This document shows positions 14,779 through 32,600 of a stretch of 64,000 bases of DNA, piece by piece. A program made the position numbers and the translations under genes. The stretch comes from Yuukianura sp. NJ FZ-2021 (lineage: Eukaryota): assembly GCA_046563655.1 (NCBI GenBank), contig CM102287.1, positions 8,060,001 to 8,124,000 on the forward strand, written 5' to 3'. Each line of letters begins with the position of its first letter. Position 1 is the stretch's first letter. The notes beneath the pieces are model-generated. The model saw nothing but the letters and a program-made list of their open reading frames with translations, did not search any database and had not been told where the DNA came from.

Positions 14779-14787
14779 TTACGTATA
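14779..14787 (-). promoter_or_regulatory. miR-iab-8-5p seed site in the proximal Antp 3' UTR
   Basis: Minus-strand TATACGTAA is complementary to nt 1-9 of iab-8-5p (UUACGUAUA), about 80 nt after the inferred stop. Confidence 0.55.
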
Positions 14788-14866
14788 ATTTGAAGGGGGG
14801 ACGCAGAAGATGAGTTGGGGGCGGTGTAATGAGAAATTCGAGTATTTCAAACTCTGTCTTCGTATC

Positions 14867-20301
<5,435 letters not shown>

Positions 20302-20629
20302 GTTGTGGTGGGGTGGGGCCGGCGGCAGGGTGGTAAACGTGGTGGGATCCAGCGTATCCACTTTCACTGGCTCCACCGAGTGAAGCCTATTGTTCCAGTG
20401 GACTCCTTAGGTAGGTGGTTAACCTAACCTTAAATTGGTCTCAGAAGAGAGTAGACGAAGACGTTGGTCGTGTTAGTTCCGTGTAGAGTGCAGATAACTA
20501 GATTAGTTGAGTTTGGGGTCAAAGGTCACATGAAGAAATGGCATTGACCTTCGTCCCTCACTTGTTCTCAAGGAAGGAGCAATTTGGTGAAGTATGGCTG
20601 CTTATAAAAATCCAATTCTTGCGTCAAAC
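20302..20629 (-). other. Antp: Probable 5' UTR portion of the first Antp coding exon
   Basis: Strong minus-strand acceptor TTTGTTTTTAG|G at 20630/20629, at the boundary with an A/T-tract region. Drosophila Antp has upstream non-coding exons. Confidence 0.5.
20515..20528 (+). promoter_or_regulatory. Nuclear-receptor DR1 element
   Basis: GGGGTCA-A-AGGTCA matches the DR1 consensus, about 215 bp upstream of the Antp ATG. Confidence 0.4.
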
Positions 20630-23600
20630 CTAAAAACAAATTCAAAAGTTTTCTATTTTCAACTTCACAAGCAATTTCACAAAAAGATTCAATTTCATAA
20701 AAAATCTTTTAGCTTCCTGCCTATCCAAAAATTTTCTTTTACGTTTTCGTCAGTTTCGGAAATTTTGTTTTTCAGGTTGCTTTTTTTAGCGATCGTCGAA
20801 AAAAGTACAATTCTTCAAAAAAAAAGTTACATTTTATTTTCAAAAAAAAATGCTCTTTTTTTACATTTTTGAAAAAATGATTTTTTTTTTTGCATTTTCC
20901 CCCCAAAATTTCAAATTGTTCATTGCTGAGAATAAACATCACGAAAAAAAATCCGTCCTAACTTCCTTTCCAATTCAAAATTTTAAGTTGTTCTAATTTT
21001 CATCTGTTAGAACAAGCGTGTTTAGTTGAAGAAAAGTCTGTTTTGAAACATTTTAGAACAAGAGGTCCAGAAGTAGCCCCTTGGGAGTAATTCAGAATCC
21101 ATATTTTCATGAATCTGAGTCCAAGCCACCAGAACCGACTGTGAATCCATGACCTACCGTCACCCTTTGGAATGCTGAGTGTTCCCAAGTGCCCATCTTC
21201 TGAAATAACCGGATAAGTCTAATACAAACCCATAGTCTCTAATCCCATACTTCCTCGAGATGAAACACACCGAACCGGTAGCACAAACTTGCGCATCCTC
21301 AACCTTCACCAGACGTGTTCAATTCTATTTTTTTAAATCCACTTTCATATTTTTCGAAACCGGCAAAGTCAACAAGTTCCGCTTCTGAAATCCACCGTTT
21401 CCTGGACCTGCCTCAACCGGCTGGCTCCATGCACTTTCACTTTTTCTTTAATCCTAATCCTACTTCCTGTTTGAAACTACCAACTAGCCTAACTTTTGTC
21501 GTTTTTGTCTAAATTTAGTGAAAATTAGACTAATTAAGGTGTGGTATTGTTTCATTTTTGGAGGGATGTGACCTAGTCCCGGGGGAAGGAGTGACTGAGG
21601 AAATGCGGGTAGAACGGTGACGGACCACAGGGTGATGGGTGATGTTAGTTGACACATTTTTCTGGTGGAAACATGTTACTAATATTTAGTAAAAGTAGAC
21701 ACAAAGTCATAAGTTTTCAAATGGGAGAAAAAGGGACGCATTATTAGGCAGCTCAGAGACTTATTCCGGCCATTTTAGAACGAGAGGATGCTGGAGGCAT
21801 GCAGGATGCAGGAGGGCCCTTCACATCTGCAACTGTCAAAGTCTCCACGCTCATTTTTCCTATTCATACCGATACATTTTTTCTTTTTCTGTTCAAACGC
21901 CGGGCATTTTCTAAAACTGAATGTCAATAATGAATATACTTCACTTCACCCACAGGGCTGCTCGAATTCTGGCTCTGGCCATGCCCTTTTGTCCGGGTAT
22001 TTTTTAGAAAAACTTTCAACTCACAAATATAGAATGTCTAAAAATGAATTTCGCGTCATTTCTGGACATGACTGAAAGTTGAAAAACAAATTAGGACAGA
22101 AGATGCAGTTGAAGACATATGGGAGTCGATGCATAGTGTGAATTTTTGCAAGGACCCGTGTCACTGTTCCTTATGAAAACTAAGCTATGATCTGTAGATG
22201 AAATTACTGCGTGGAAATATGGGCGCGGCTGCTTTTGCTTAGTTGAAAGACCTTGAACAAGATAAAGTGGATTGATGAACACAAGAGTCTACATCTGCTA
22301 TTCACGTTTTACATTTTCTACAACTTTTTTTTCAGAAATAAGTTTAAATGCACATCACAAAATCTCATATCAAACGGAACAGGGGGACAAACTCGAATTC
22401 AAAGCACTTCGTCCAGAAGTTGGAACGTTGACAAAAAATTGAAATTTCAGTTTTTAAAAACTGAAATACTAGTATTTAAATTTTCTGGAAATTGAAATTA
22501 AAGTAATTAAACTAGTCTTAAATTCATTAAATTGATTTTTCTAAAACTCCATCTTACATGCAACGTAATCTACCAAGAGGAATTGTAAATATAGATACTC
22601 GAAAAACTGAAGTTTAGAACATGAGTTAAGTTATGCTGCGTTTTAAAAGTTTAAAATTTGAAAAATCTTTCACTTCAAACTGTTGAGTAATTTGAATCTT
22701 GAGGGTTTATGACCATGACCTTGAAACAAGTCCTTTTTGGAATTTATGGTTTTACTGAAGTCCCGTTTTATTGTACTGTTCCAGATTTTCATAAACTGAC
22801 GCAACTGAGGATGTTGAACAAAGGACTAACCTGGATGACCTCTCCTTGTTTTATTGTTTACCTCTTTCCTACCACCATGTTTTAAAACACTGTTCAAACA
22901 TTGCTCAAACACAAAAAAGTTTTATTTTGATTGGCCCCCATAAAATGTACCGTAGCATCTTGGACTTTGAAGATCTCAAATCCATAAAATTTTAAAAGAA
23001 TTGCTTTTTAGGATTCTGTTCAATTTCAAAAAACAAATCTTAGTAGCCTTCGTCAGTGTCATCTTGGCCTGGACAGCGTCAAGATCAAGTTCCTCAAATC
23101 TCTAACTCAAAAATTACATTCTTAAGTTTAACGCTGTTCGAAATTATCAAAGTTGATTTTTTTTCGTGAAAACTCAAGAAATAATTTCAGGTGCTAAACT
23201 TATTCGCCATATAAAATGTAATCCAGCTCAATTTCTTTGTTGCGGAGAGTATCACGCCAGTTTTGTGATTTAATCCAGCTGTCCTACTTGAAGTTTTTGT
23301 TTTGCTTTTTTGAAAATTTATATTTAACTTTTTCTATTTTTTGATTCGAAAAGTGTGAAGTACTGTGTGCTTGTTTGAAAGTGGGAAGTTTGGTTTTGTG
23401 AATAAGGGCTGAATGGCCCTCTCTGCAGAGCCGCCTGCACTCTTTGGAGGTGTCTGAGAAGATGGAAGAGAGCAATGGCTCCGAACTCGTAACTCACAAC
23501 AAACCAGAACACTCATATATCCACACGGATCAATACACGGATTTCACTCTAACAAATACCAAAACACGCCTAACTCAATTCAAAAGTAAACAAAAGTTGG

Positions 23601-26600
23601 AGATTTACGGTAAAAATTCATTCGATCAATTCATGGCAACTTTCTCTTCAGTGATACACCGATCATCCTGTGCAGATTTTTTAAATGGAGGGAAACTTAT
23701 GCTCAAATTTTGTTAGGTTCTCTCAAAATTACAAAACAAATGTTATTTTAAAAAGTTTTATTTAAAAATCTTTTACATGTAGGACAGGATTCGACTTTGA
23801 GTACTTAGGGGAGCCCTTAAGGGCTGTAAGCCCTCCATTGCCCCACGACCCTTCAGATGATCTGGTTTCATCTTTGTTGTGCCATTGGAAGTTAGGGCGA
23901 AAGAGATCTTGACAGGAGAAGCCATTTCTAAACAGGGATTCGGTTTGGTTAGGCCCAATGGAACTCAGGGGTTGGCTCTGTTCTGAAGTTGATTGATTGG
24001 GTTTACAATGGCCTAATCCAGGGAAAGCAAACACGTCATCTTCAGTTTCAAAATTTTAAATTGATTTTTTAAAAAGTAGCACCCAAGAGAGTGACCTTTA
24101 GTAGATTGAGTGACCTCTGAGATGAATGTGGTTGTGAAAAGAATGACAAATGGAAGTGATAAGATGAACAGGTTTTAGACTTGAGGCTATTCCATAAAAA
24201 CATAACGCAGACTCGAGACTACAATGTCTTCATGACTTTGACAGGACAGGTGAGAGTGACAGGGAAGTGGGTTCAAGGTTCAAGTGACTCAAACGAGGAA
24301 ACAGATGGAACATACTGTACAATTCCCTGCTGGTGTGCCATGGGCTTCAAGCTGCAAAAACTAGTTGGAAAAACTGCAAAACCTAAATTATTCAGGCACA
24401 GCTCCAACCCTTACTTGGCTTAAGCCTGGGAATTGGCAACTCTCGAGTGCCAAACCACGTACGACCAGCTGGAATTAACAGTTGGAACTACAATAGGAAG
24501 CATAGACACGGTCTACCTTACGTTATTTGGTTTGCAAACTTCAAAACGCGAGGACAATTTTTTTAGATTTTAATTTTTTGAGTTTGATGAATGAGAAAGT
24601 TTTGGGAGAAAGTATTAGATTAGAATTGTAACTACATTGGGTTGTTAGGTTCTAGACGCGAACAGTATTAGGTTATGGGAACGTAGGTTATTTTTGAAAA
24701 GCGTACAGTATTTAGGCTATTTAGGTCTGAGACGTTAAGTTAAGCAGGATGTTGGATTGGTAAAATATAACAATAGCGTGGAAGTGAGTTTAGGTTGTAA
24801 ATTTTGAATCAAATTATAGTAATTTCGTGTAATTAAGATGGAAAGCTTCCGCTTAACAGTAGGGTGCTAGCTAAGGAAAGTTAACAAAAAACCAAACACC
24901 GTAAATTATAGTAATTGTGACCAACATAGTCAAAGTTCTCAAAATTTTCATTTTTTTTTTTGAAATTCTCCGTTTTAAAATTTCTGATTCAATGCATTGG
25001 GTTTTGTGCGTCAGAGTTTTAGTCGGACAAAAATACTTTTGAAAACTTTTATCATCTATGAGGAACTAACAACAGCTAGGATATTCCTTCATTGTTTGAG
25101 ACAGAAACTTACTAAAGTAATTAAAGTTTAGCAACACCGTATTTTCTGAAACCAAAGAAAAGAAGATAAAATGAAAAAATAATTTTATTTTTAATTTAAA
25201 AAATTTTTGTTTTTTAAAACAGAAATCAATTTCAAGATAGGAGTGCGTATTGAAATGAAATGTGACGGGGAAAGTGCTAAGATTATTTCTTGGGATCTCC
25301 AGTCAATTCCCTTCAGGATTAAGTTTAAGAAAAATCCACACGCCAAAAATCCCTTCCAAATCCAAGTTGATTTAAAAGCTCTTATTTCGAACTTCCAAAT
25401 CCGCTGGGATAAATTTCATTTTTGAATTTTAAAATTTTACTTGTTTTTCAAGGCAGTTTTTTTCTTCATCTCACGTATGAAGACTTATTGGGAAGATTAC
25501 AAATACAATGGTACCAGAATTCTATAATTTCAGATCACCGGTTGCCGGTAGGTTTTATGCAATGTAAAAGCAAATATTTGCACTCTAAATTATTATTAGC
25601 AATTCTTTTTATAGAGAAAGTTTTGTATATAATTTTTTATTCTTCCTTTTTTCTGTTTCAAAAAAAGTTTGAGTCCATTTCGCTAATTTTTTTAACACAA
25701 CCTTGTCAAATGCACTTTGCTAGAAATTAGCATCTCTAGAACGTTAATGCATGTTCACGTGAACACAACCCATGACAGAACAAGTGGCCTTTGACCTCAG
25801 ACATGAAACTGAATTAGTCATAACCAAAATTCTAAACCGCAAAAGCATTTCCGAAAATTCGGGACTTGAATAGAACCGAAGGGTGCCGTTTTATAATAAA
25901 TTGAGACCAAAGGGAGGCTTCAGGGCCCCTTGAACTCAAACCCTCAATTACGTCCAATCCCTCATTCTTGACAGATGACGAATGGGGAATCGGACATTAT
26001 CAGGGAACCTCATCAGAGTCACTTAAATAGCCTAACCGCGGAGGCCCTTGAAGGGACCCTTCGAAAAAAATATGTTTATATTTATCCTTGTCATCATAAT
26101 TGAAAATGTGGAGCTCAATTGACAGGGATTAATGGTTCAGTTCCTTTCGTCTGTCAGTGATCAATCAAGCATTTCAAAAACCAAACACGTTTAAAAACAG
26201 ACTAAAAAGTGTAAAAATGTTACGTACCGAGCCAAAGACTGTGACGAAGGAAATTAAGGTAAAAAATATCACAATGACAATTAGGTTTCAGTTGGTTCGT
26301 TTTTCCTTGTAGTACAAAAACTGTCTTTTTTTCTTCCTTTTCTGTTCAAAAACGTGCTCGTCCTTGTTGGTTAAAAAGTTCTTCCTTGCAGAAAATTGAC
26401 GTAGATGTTACAGTTGAATAAATTTTAAAAATACTCACAAACGACCAAGAAAAAAACGACTTTGTTGACTTTTTCTTGAAACAGCCGACAAAAATTTTCT
26501 GCTTCACGCCTTGTTCTTCCCCTCTCTTGTTGAAGTTAAGGCCAAAAGATAAATTATAGTTAAGTATTTGTTTAGATTCAAAATATTATTCCTTCCTTTC

Positions 26601-29600
26601 TTCTTTCAAAATTTTACATAAGTTTGAAAAAATTGGACTAGAAACAGGTTGATTGTTCTAAAAAATTTTAGATTGGTAACAATTGGATTTTTTTTCTGAA
26701 ATTTTGAAAATATTTTAACAGTACAACAACACCCTGACCTCTCTTTTTAGAAAGAAACGGAGACGTTACGTGCTCTACTTCTGCTCTTAATAACTTAATT
26801 ATTACTCTCTTCAGTAAAAAATACAGTTAGAATTTTAGTGTTAATTAAATTTAACATTAACTTTCTTTTACTTAACGTGTCCTTTTGGGCTACGAATGAG
26901 TAGAAATAGATCACAATTTTTTCTCTCCTTGAATTTACTTTTTGCTTTCGATTTTTGAGAAAAATAATGCGGAGACGGAAGGAATAGCGATTTGACTATT
27001 TTTGTCTCCCTGACGGTAAATCCTAAAATAGATTTTTACAATTTTAGAATTCTAGAACAAAGTTTAAAGTTGGCTGACTCGAACAAAGTTTTCCAAATTT
27101 CTAAACAAAAGATTTTTTTTTGTGTTCCAACGAAATTGGTGTGTCTTGGTTGGGTGATGATGGAGAAAGGCACGTTTTGCTGATTTTTTGAAAAAATGGC
27201 AAAAACCAGCCAACAGACAGAAAGTTTACGGTATTTTAGAGTTCAACAGAGAGGATCGACACGGGTTAAAAGTTTTTTCACCCAAAGGTCACCCAGGTCA
27301 CCTCTTGTCAATAACTCTTGCACAAAATAAGTTAAGTTTAGACTTTAGTTTGAGTCTAATTTTTGAATTGTAGAAAGTACTTGAATTGCACTCAACGTAG
27401 GAACTCTTATCCATAGTCCATGAACCCTCTCATTTTAACAATCGACAACTTTCACTTCCACTAACTTCAAGTCCTTCAACTCACTCGCTCTTCTTACAGT
27501 CATTTTGCAGTAACTTTTCAAAAACTTAAAAAACTGAAAATCCACTTTTTCAAAAAGTTCTATTTTTAGTCAACTGTCCAGAAATTTTGAACTCGGACGA
27601 ACCTAGCCAACATAACCTCACTTTCTCCCGTGAGAATCAAAACTGAGAGCCCGTCTGACTGGGTTTTGTCATCTAATAGACTGAGGAGACCCCGCCGAAT
27701 GCGCTAACTCCTAAGTGCTTTTTTAGAAAAGCATCTATCTCCCCGTCCTATGTCGTCGTCGGGTGGGCTCTACTCCCGACCAAGGTTTCAGAATGAAGAT
27801 GTAACAGCGGACAGAGGACCCGCTCCACTGACGGACTGAATTTGGAAAGAAGATCTCGTGTAATGTTAGTGTTTCTGAGTTCTGGCTACTGCTTAACTTT
27901 GGACTCTATGTGGTAGAACTGGATTCTCGGAAGAAGAATAGAGGAAATTTAGTAGAGATCAGCACCCTCCAGAATTTGTGGTGCGAGGCCTGCCTTAAGC
28001 CTACGCTTTCAAAGCCTAAACCTCGAGAGTTACGTAAGAAGACGAGGAGAATTGGGAGTTAAGTGATGGTTGTTGCGCAGAGGTCCCTAAAATATCATCA
28101 TTCTATTCCATAATTCTTGAGGCAAAAACCAAGTCTTTCCGCTGCTCCTTCCATCTCCGATCTAACCGACTCCATCGCTTCGTTTCACTCGCCAGAACTA
28201 ACATTTGCTCTCGGAGAAAAAACATAACCAAAAAAACTAAGCTCACAATTCAAAAACAAATCAAATTAGAACAAAAAAGGCAAAGCAAAGCCGAAAAACA
28301 GCATTTTTTCAGGAAAGTGGTGCATAAAAAACGAACTTCAAATTCAAATTCTGTTTCAAATTTTGTGAATTTTGTTATACTTTCCGGAAGTATATTTGTT
28401 AAAATTTTGAAACTGACATTACGCAGCTAATAATTTGAGATTAGAATTTGAACTGTTCTGAATTCTGTTCCAGTCGAAATCAAAAGTGAAATCAAATTTG
28501 GAAATCTAGAATTTTCAATTAACTTTCTCCTCCTCCTGCCTGCCTCTTGTCCATGCAGAATTAGATGAGATTCCTGTCAGTCCTTGGCTGGAACGCTTTC
28601 TATACCTTCTCAGTTCCATCCATTTCCTGTCTCCAGCCTTTCACCAACTTTCACTCGCGCGCTTTCCAAATCAAAAGCAGGAAGGCGTGAAAGTTTCGAT
28701 TAATGCTTCCTCCGATGTGGAATTAATTCCAAAATGTGTCACTACATACCAGAGCTCTCTGCTTTTACATTTTAAGTTAGACTAGGCGTTAGGATTTATG
28801 AGCAGAAATTTCTACCGGAAAAGCACTGCTGCTTCCACATCATCATCATCGCTTTCATGATCTTCCATACTATTTAAACTTAAAACCTAATAACAATCAT
28901 CTCTCGCACCCAGCCGTCCATAAGTCACTACGCTCCACGTCAGTGCATAACTTAAAGTTAGCCTAACTCTAGTCCTAATAACTTTCCACTGAACTATTCC
29001 AAACATTCAATTTCCAAAACAATATTTCTTGGAAACTTTGGACTTTCCATTAATAACTTATGGAACAAAACAGGATAGTGAAAGTGTCTCTCTCTTACCT
29101 TTCTGTCTCGGTCCTTGTTCTGTTGGTTTACTTTAGGTTTTCAAAGGGCTAGAAAATTGTCACAAGTTTTGTTGTAGTAGCAATGGCTTCCAAAACTCCG
29201 CCTTCGTCGTTCCCTGACTCACCAATTCTGTCAACTGAATCCAAAACAAAAAAAAATTCCATCAATCAATAGTTGGGACAAGGCAGAGAGCCTGTCACGT
29301 CAAATTACAACGTCCATAATTTATCAAGCCCAATCTTCCGGAGCACTAAACTTTGTTTTTTGGTTTGCCAAAACATTCGCATAAAATTCGACACCAGGAG
29401 GCCTTGAGCTCCAAAAAAAAACTATGCATTTCAAATAATACCCAGCCCAATATTCTGGTTCTGTTGAATTTTTTAAAACACAATACTAATTTAGACCAAA
29501 TTTTGAAAATGACCAACAAATTAGATTTTGAAATGGAACAAATGAAAACATTTTTGGGGACAAAACTGATTTCGAATATTTTTTGCTACGCTTACAATGG

Positions 29601-32600
29601 AATTATTTTGGTATGGCGTTTATGCTTAACAAAAAAACAAGAAAAGTAAAATGGAGAAAGTTCATTCACAGAATTACTTGGCTCATTAAATTCACGTAGC
29701 GTCATTTCGTTGCGTAACGTGGTAAGGAAAGTACTAAAAACTATGAGTGAACTGCGTTTTTACTACGCTTATAGTACTTTCGCTATAGGACTTTTGGTTT
29801 GTAGTAAATTCTAATCCGGCGTTTGTAAAAGTGGATTTGAATGAGGTAGTTTGTGGTAGGTTAGGGTTTTAGTAGCTGAGACTAGGTTAGGGTTTATGTT
29901 ATTTGCCCATTTGAGTACTAACTTACGACGTCCATAAAAGTTTATGACTTTTAAAATGGGACATTAGTGGAGGGAAGAAGAAAGATTATGAAGTGATGAT
30001 CACTTTACTACACGCCTCTGCTCTGAGCACACACTTCAATATGACTTAATCCAAAAGGCTATAACCACTTAATAAGAGAAATAACACTTGAAATAGGTGA
30101 GGTAATAAGCAAAGTTACAATATCATTAAACTACCCACTTGTGGCATTTAAATGGTAGCTATAACTTAATATGACTGTAAACATACAACATGGAATTAAC
30201 ATAGGTGTGAACGAGAAGTGCTTTGGGAGATGAAGTAACAGTAGGAACAGGATTGGAGTTACAGTCTGCTCATCTTCTCCTAATTTTATGACCGAGTAAA
30301 TAGACTTTAACGACGACATAAAATGGATCGTAAACCTAACCGATTCAGTAAGCGCACAAAATCTCTCCTTTTCGGTAACTTTTTTCACTCTGTTTTCGTA
30401 ATATACTTGTTAGCATTGCGTTGAACTTTAAACGTTTAGAATGATATAGAGGCAATGCGTTAGTGGTTGCGTAAAACACTAAAAATTGTTTAAAACAGTT
30501 TCTATTTTTCGAGAAAAAAAAATTAAATGTGGGGTTCTACTAATAAGGAATTCAAAAATATTGTAAACTACCCAAACTTTAGAATTCTTGCTGAATTTCG
30601 AAAGTTTTCGTGCACGGTGTAATAGATTCTCATAAAATCGTCGAATTTACAAAATTCGTAATATTTCCTTAGAAAACCAAAATTGAAAATTCTGATTCCT
30701 AGGAAAAGTAGACCTTGATTCACATGTTTGAAATTTTTTACTTCCTGCTGTAGAGATGTTGAGTTTCATAATTTTTTTGAAATTTCGAAAACAGGAAGAG
30801 TACTTTTGAAGCGATTGTTGAAGAAGAAATTCTAAAATTGTTATGCTAGGTTATGTTAGCTTGTACAGAATTTAAAGGTGACCTTCGCTGCTCAAACACA
30901 AAGAAACCTCCGAGATAGCAACGTGACTCCAGGAAAACCGCCCAGATTCCATTTTTTAGAATTTTGAAAATTACATTATGTTCATAAATTGGGTGTGAAG
31001 GGCCCTTGTAGAACTGGTCATGGAGTGAAGATGGTTTAGATTTTGAGAGGTGGTGGGATGAGTCGAGATTCTGAAGATAGGATTTAGGATTTATTTATAA
31101 CGTGAGAAGACCTGCAGAGTCCCTCTGCCTCCCTTCTATGAAACTGGGAAGATCACAAAGGATTTCATCTTCAGATTCATCTTTAGTAAGGATGAAGATG
31201 AAATTGAAATGATGGAGAGAGAGACTCCTCATAATTCGATTCGATCCGCATCTCCTCTCTTGACTTCAAAAACCAAAGGACTCTCTCTTCTCGACTTCAA
31301 ATTTTAGATGAAATCCCTACAACGCTTTGGACTGTGGAGATCTTTTGTGGTCCCCTTGGTCCGTGAGGAAACTAAATAATTTCGATTCTAGATCCTACAA
31401 TTCCTATCATCCTGCTAGAAGTCATCTATTGTCCAAACTCTAATTTCCAATCCAATCTGGAATCAAAGCATCATCTCCTCAAGTCCCAAGAAAACGGATG
31501 ACCTCTGAGGTCAATTTCATTCCCTAATTCCTAAAGGTCATCTTCTGGGAATACAAAGTGGATATGGATTTTGATCAAACAAATGAAAAAAATTAGACGC
31601 GTGACTCACTAGAATCGGATCGATTCAAATTCGATACTCAATCAGAATTCCTTTACTTTCGGATTTGAATCGCGCTCGAATTTACGACATACTGACAATT
31701 TAAATTGATTTGAAAGTAAGTATTTTTAAATTTTCCAAGTTAGAATTGCTTAAAATCAAGATTCAGCCGCTCCGATTTTCGAATTTGAAGCTCATAACCA
31801 CATTCAAAAGTTGAAAAAAAGAAGAAGATTTTTTTATTTTTTTAACTTTTTAAAAGTGCAAAAGATCACAAAAGATGTTTAGGAAAAATTCGAAACGACT
31901 ACCTACACGAATGTAATGCACCAATTTTTAAATTCAAATAACAAATTTATAGTACGACTTGCTTTAGTCAAAATGTTTGTGAACATGATTTGATAAAGTT
32001 TCTGGTGCCTAGAAGTTTCGTAAAATGCATTTCTAATCAAGGAAAGTGAATCCCGGACCACTTTCTCCAACAAAGAAAGCTGCCTCCTGAAGTTCCACTA
32101 GGATTTCATCATTTTAGAATGAAATGGAAGAAGAGAAAGCGTTTTTGGGTACGGAAGGAGGGAGAGGCATGGCTGCTTTTGAGGCGCATCCGGATGATGC
32201 ATATCGTAAATTGGAAGTTTTAGTCAACTAAAGTTAGTCTTTTGGCCAGATTTCCTCTTTACTCCGAATTCAAAGTAAAGTCTAAAAGGACAAGGGCTCC
32301 CGGGTAATAAATCTGTCAATCTAGGAGACCCAACTCCAAAATAAATTCAGCACTTGGGACTTGGAAGGAGGACAGGAGGGTGATGGGATTTTCTTTTTCC
32401 AAAAAACCTAACTTCCAACTGAGACTCTTCCTATCTCATCTTCTTGACAGGGACAGAGGGAAAGCAGAGTTTACTAAAAACCGAAATGCTAAAACTAACA
32501 TTTAGAAGAATCCGACTTAGAGAGACTCAATATTGCAACTTCCTTCCCTTCTCTGTGCATTTCACAGGCTTAACAAGATCCCATGTACTTCGTTAGTCAT

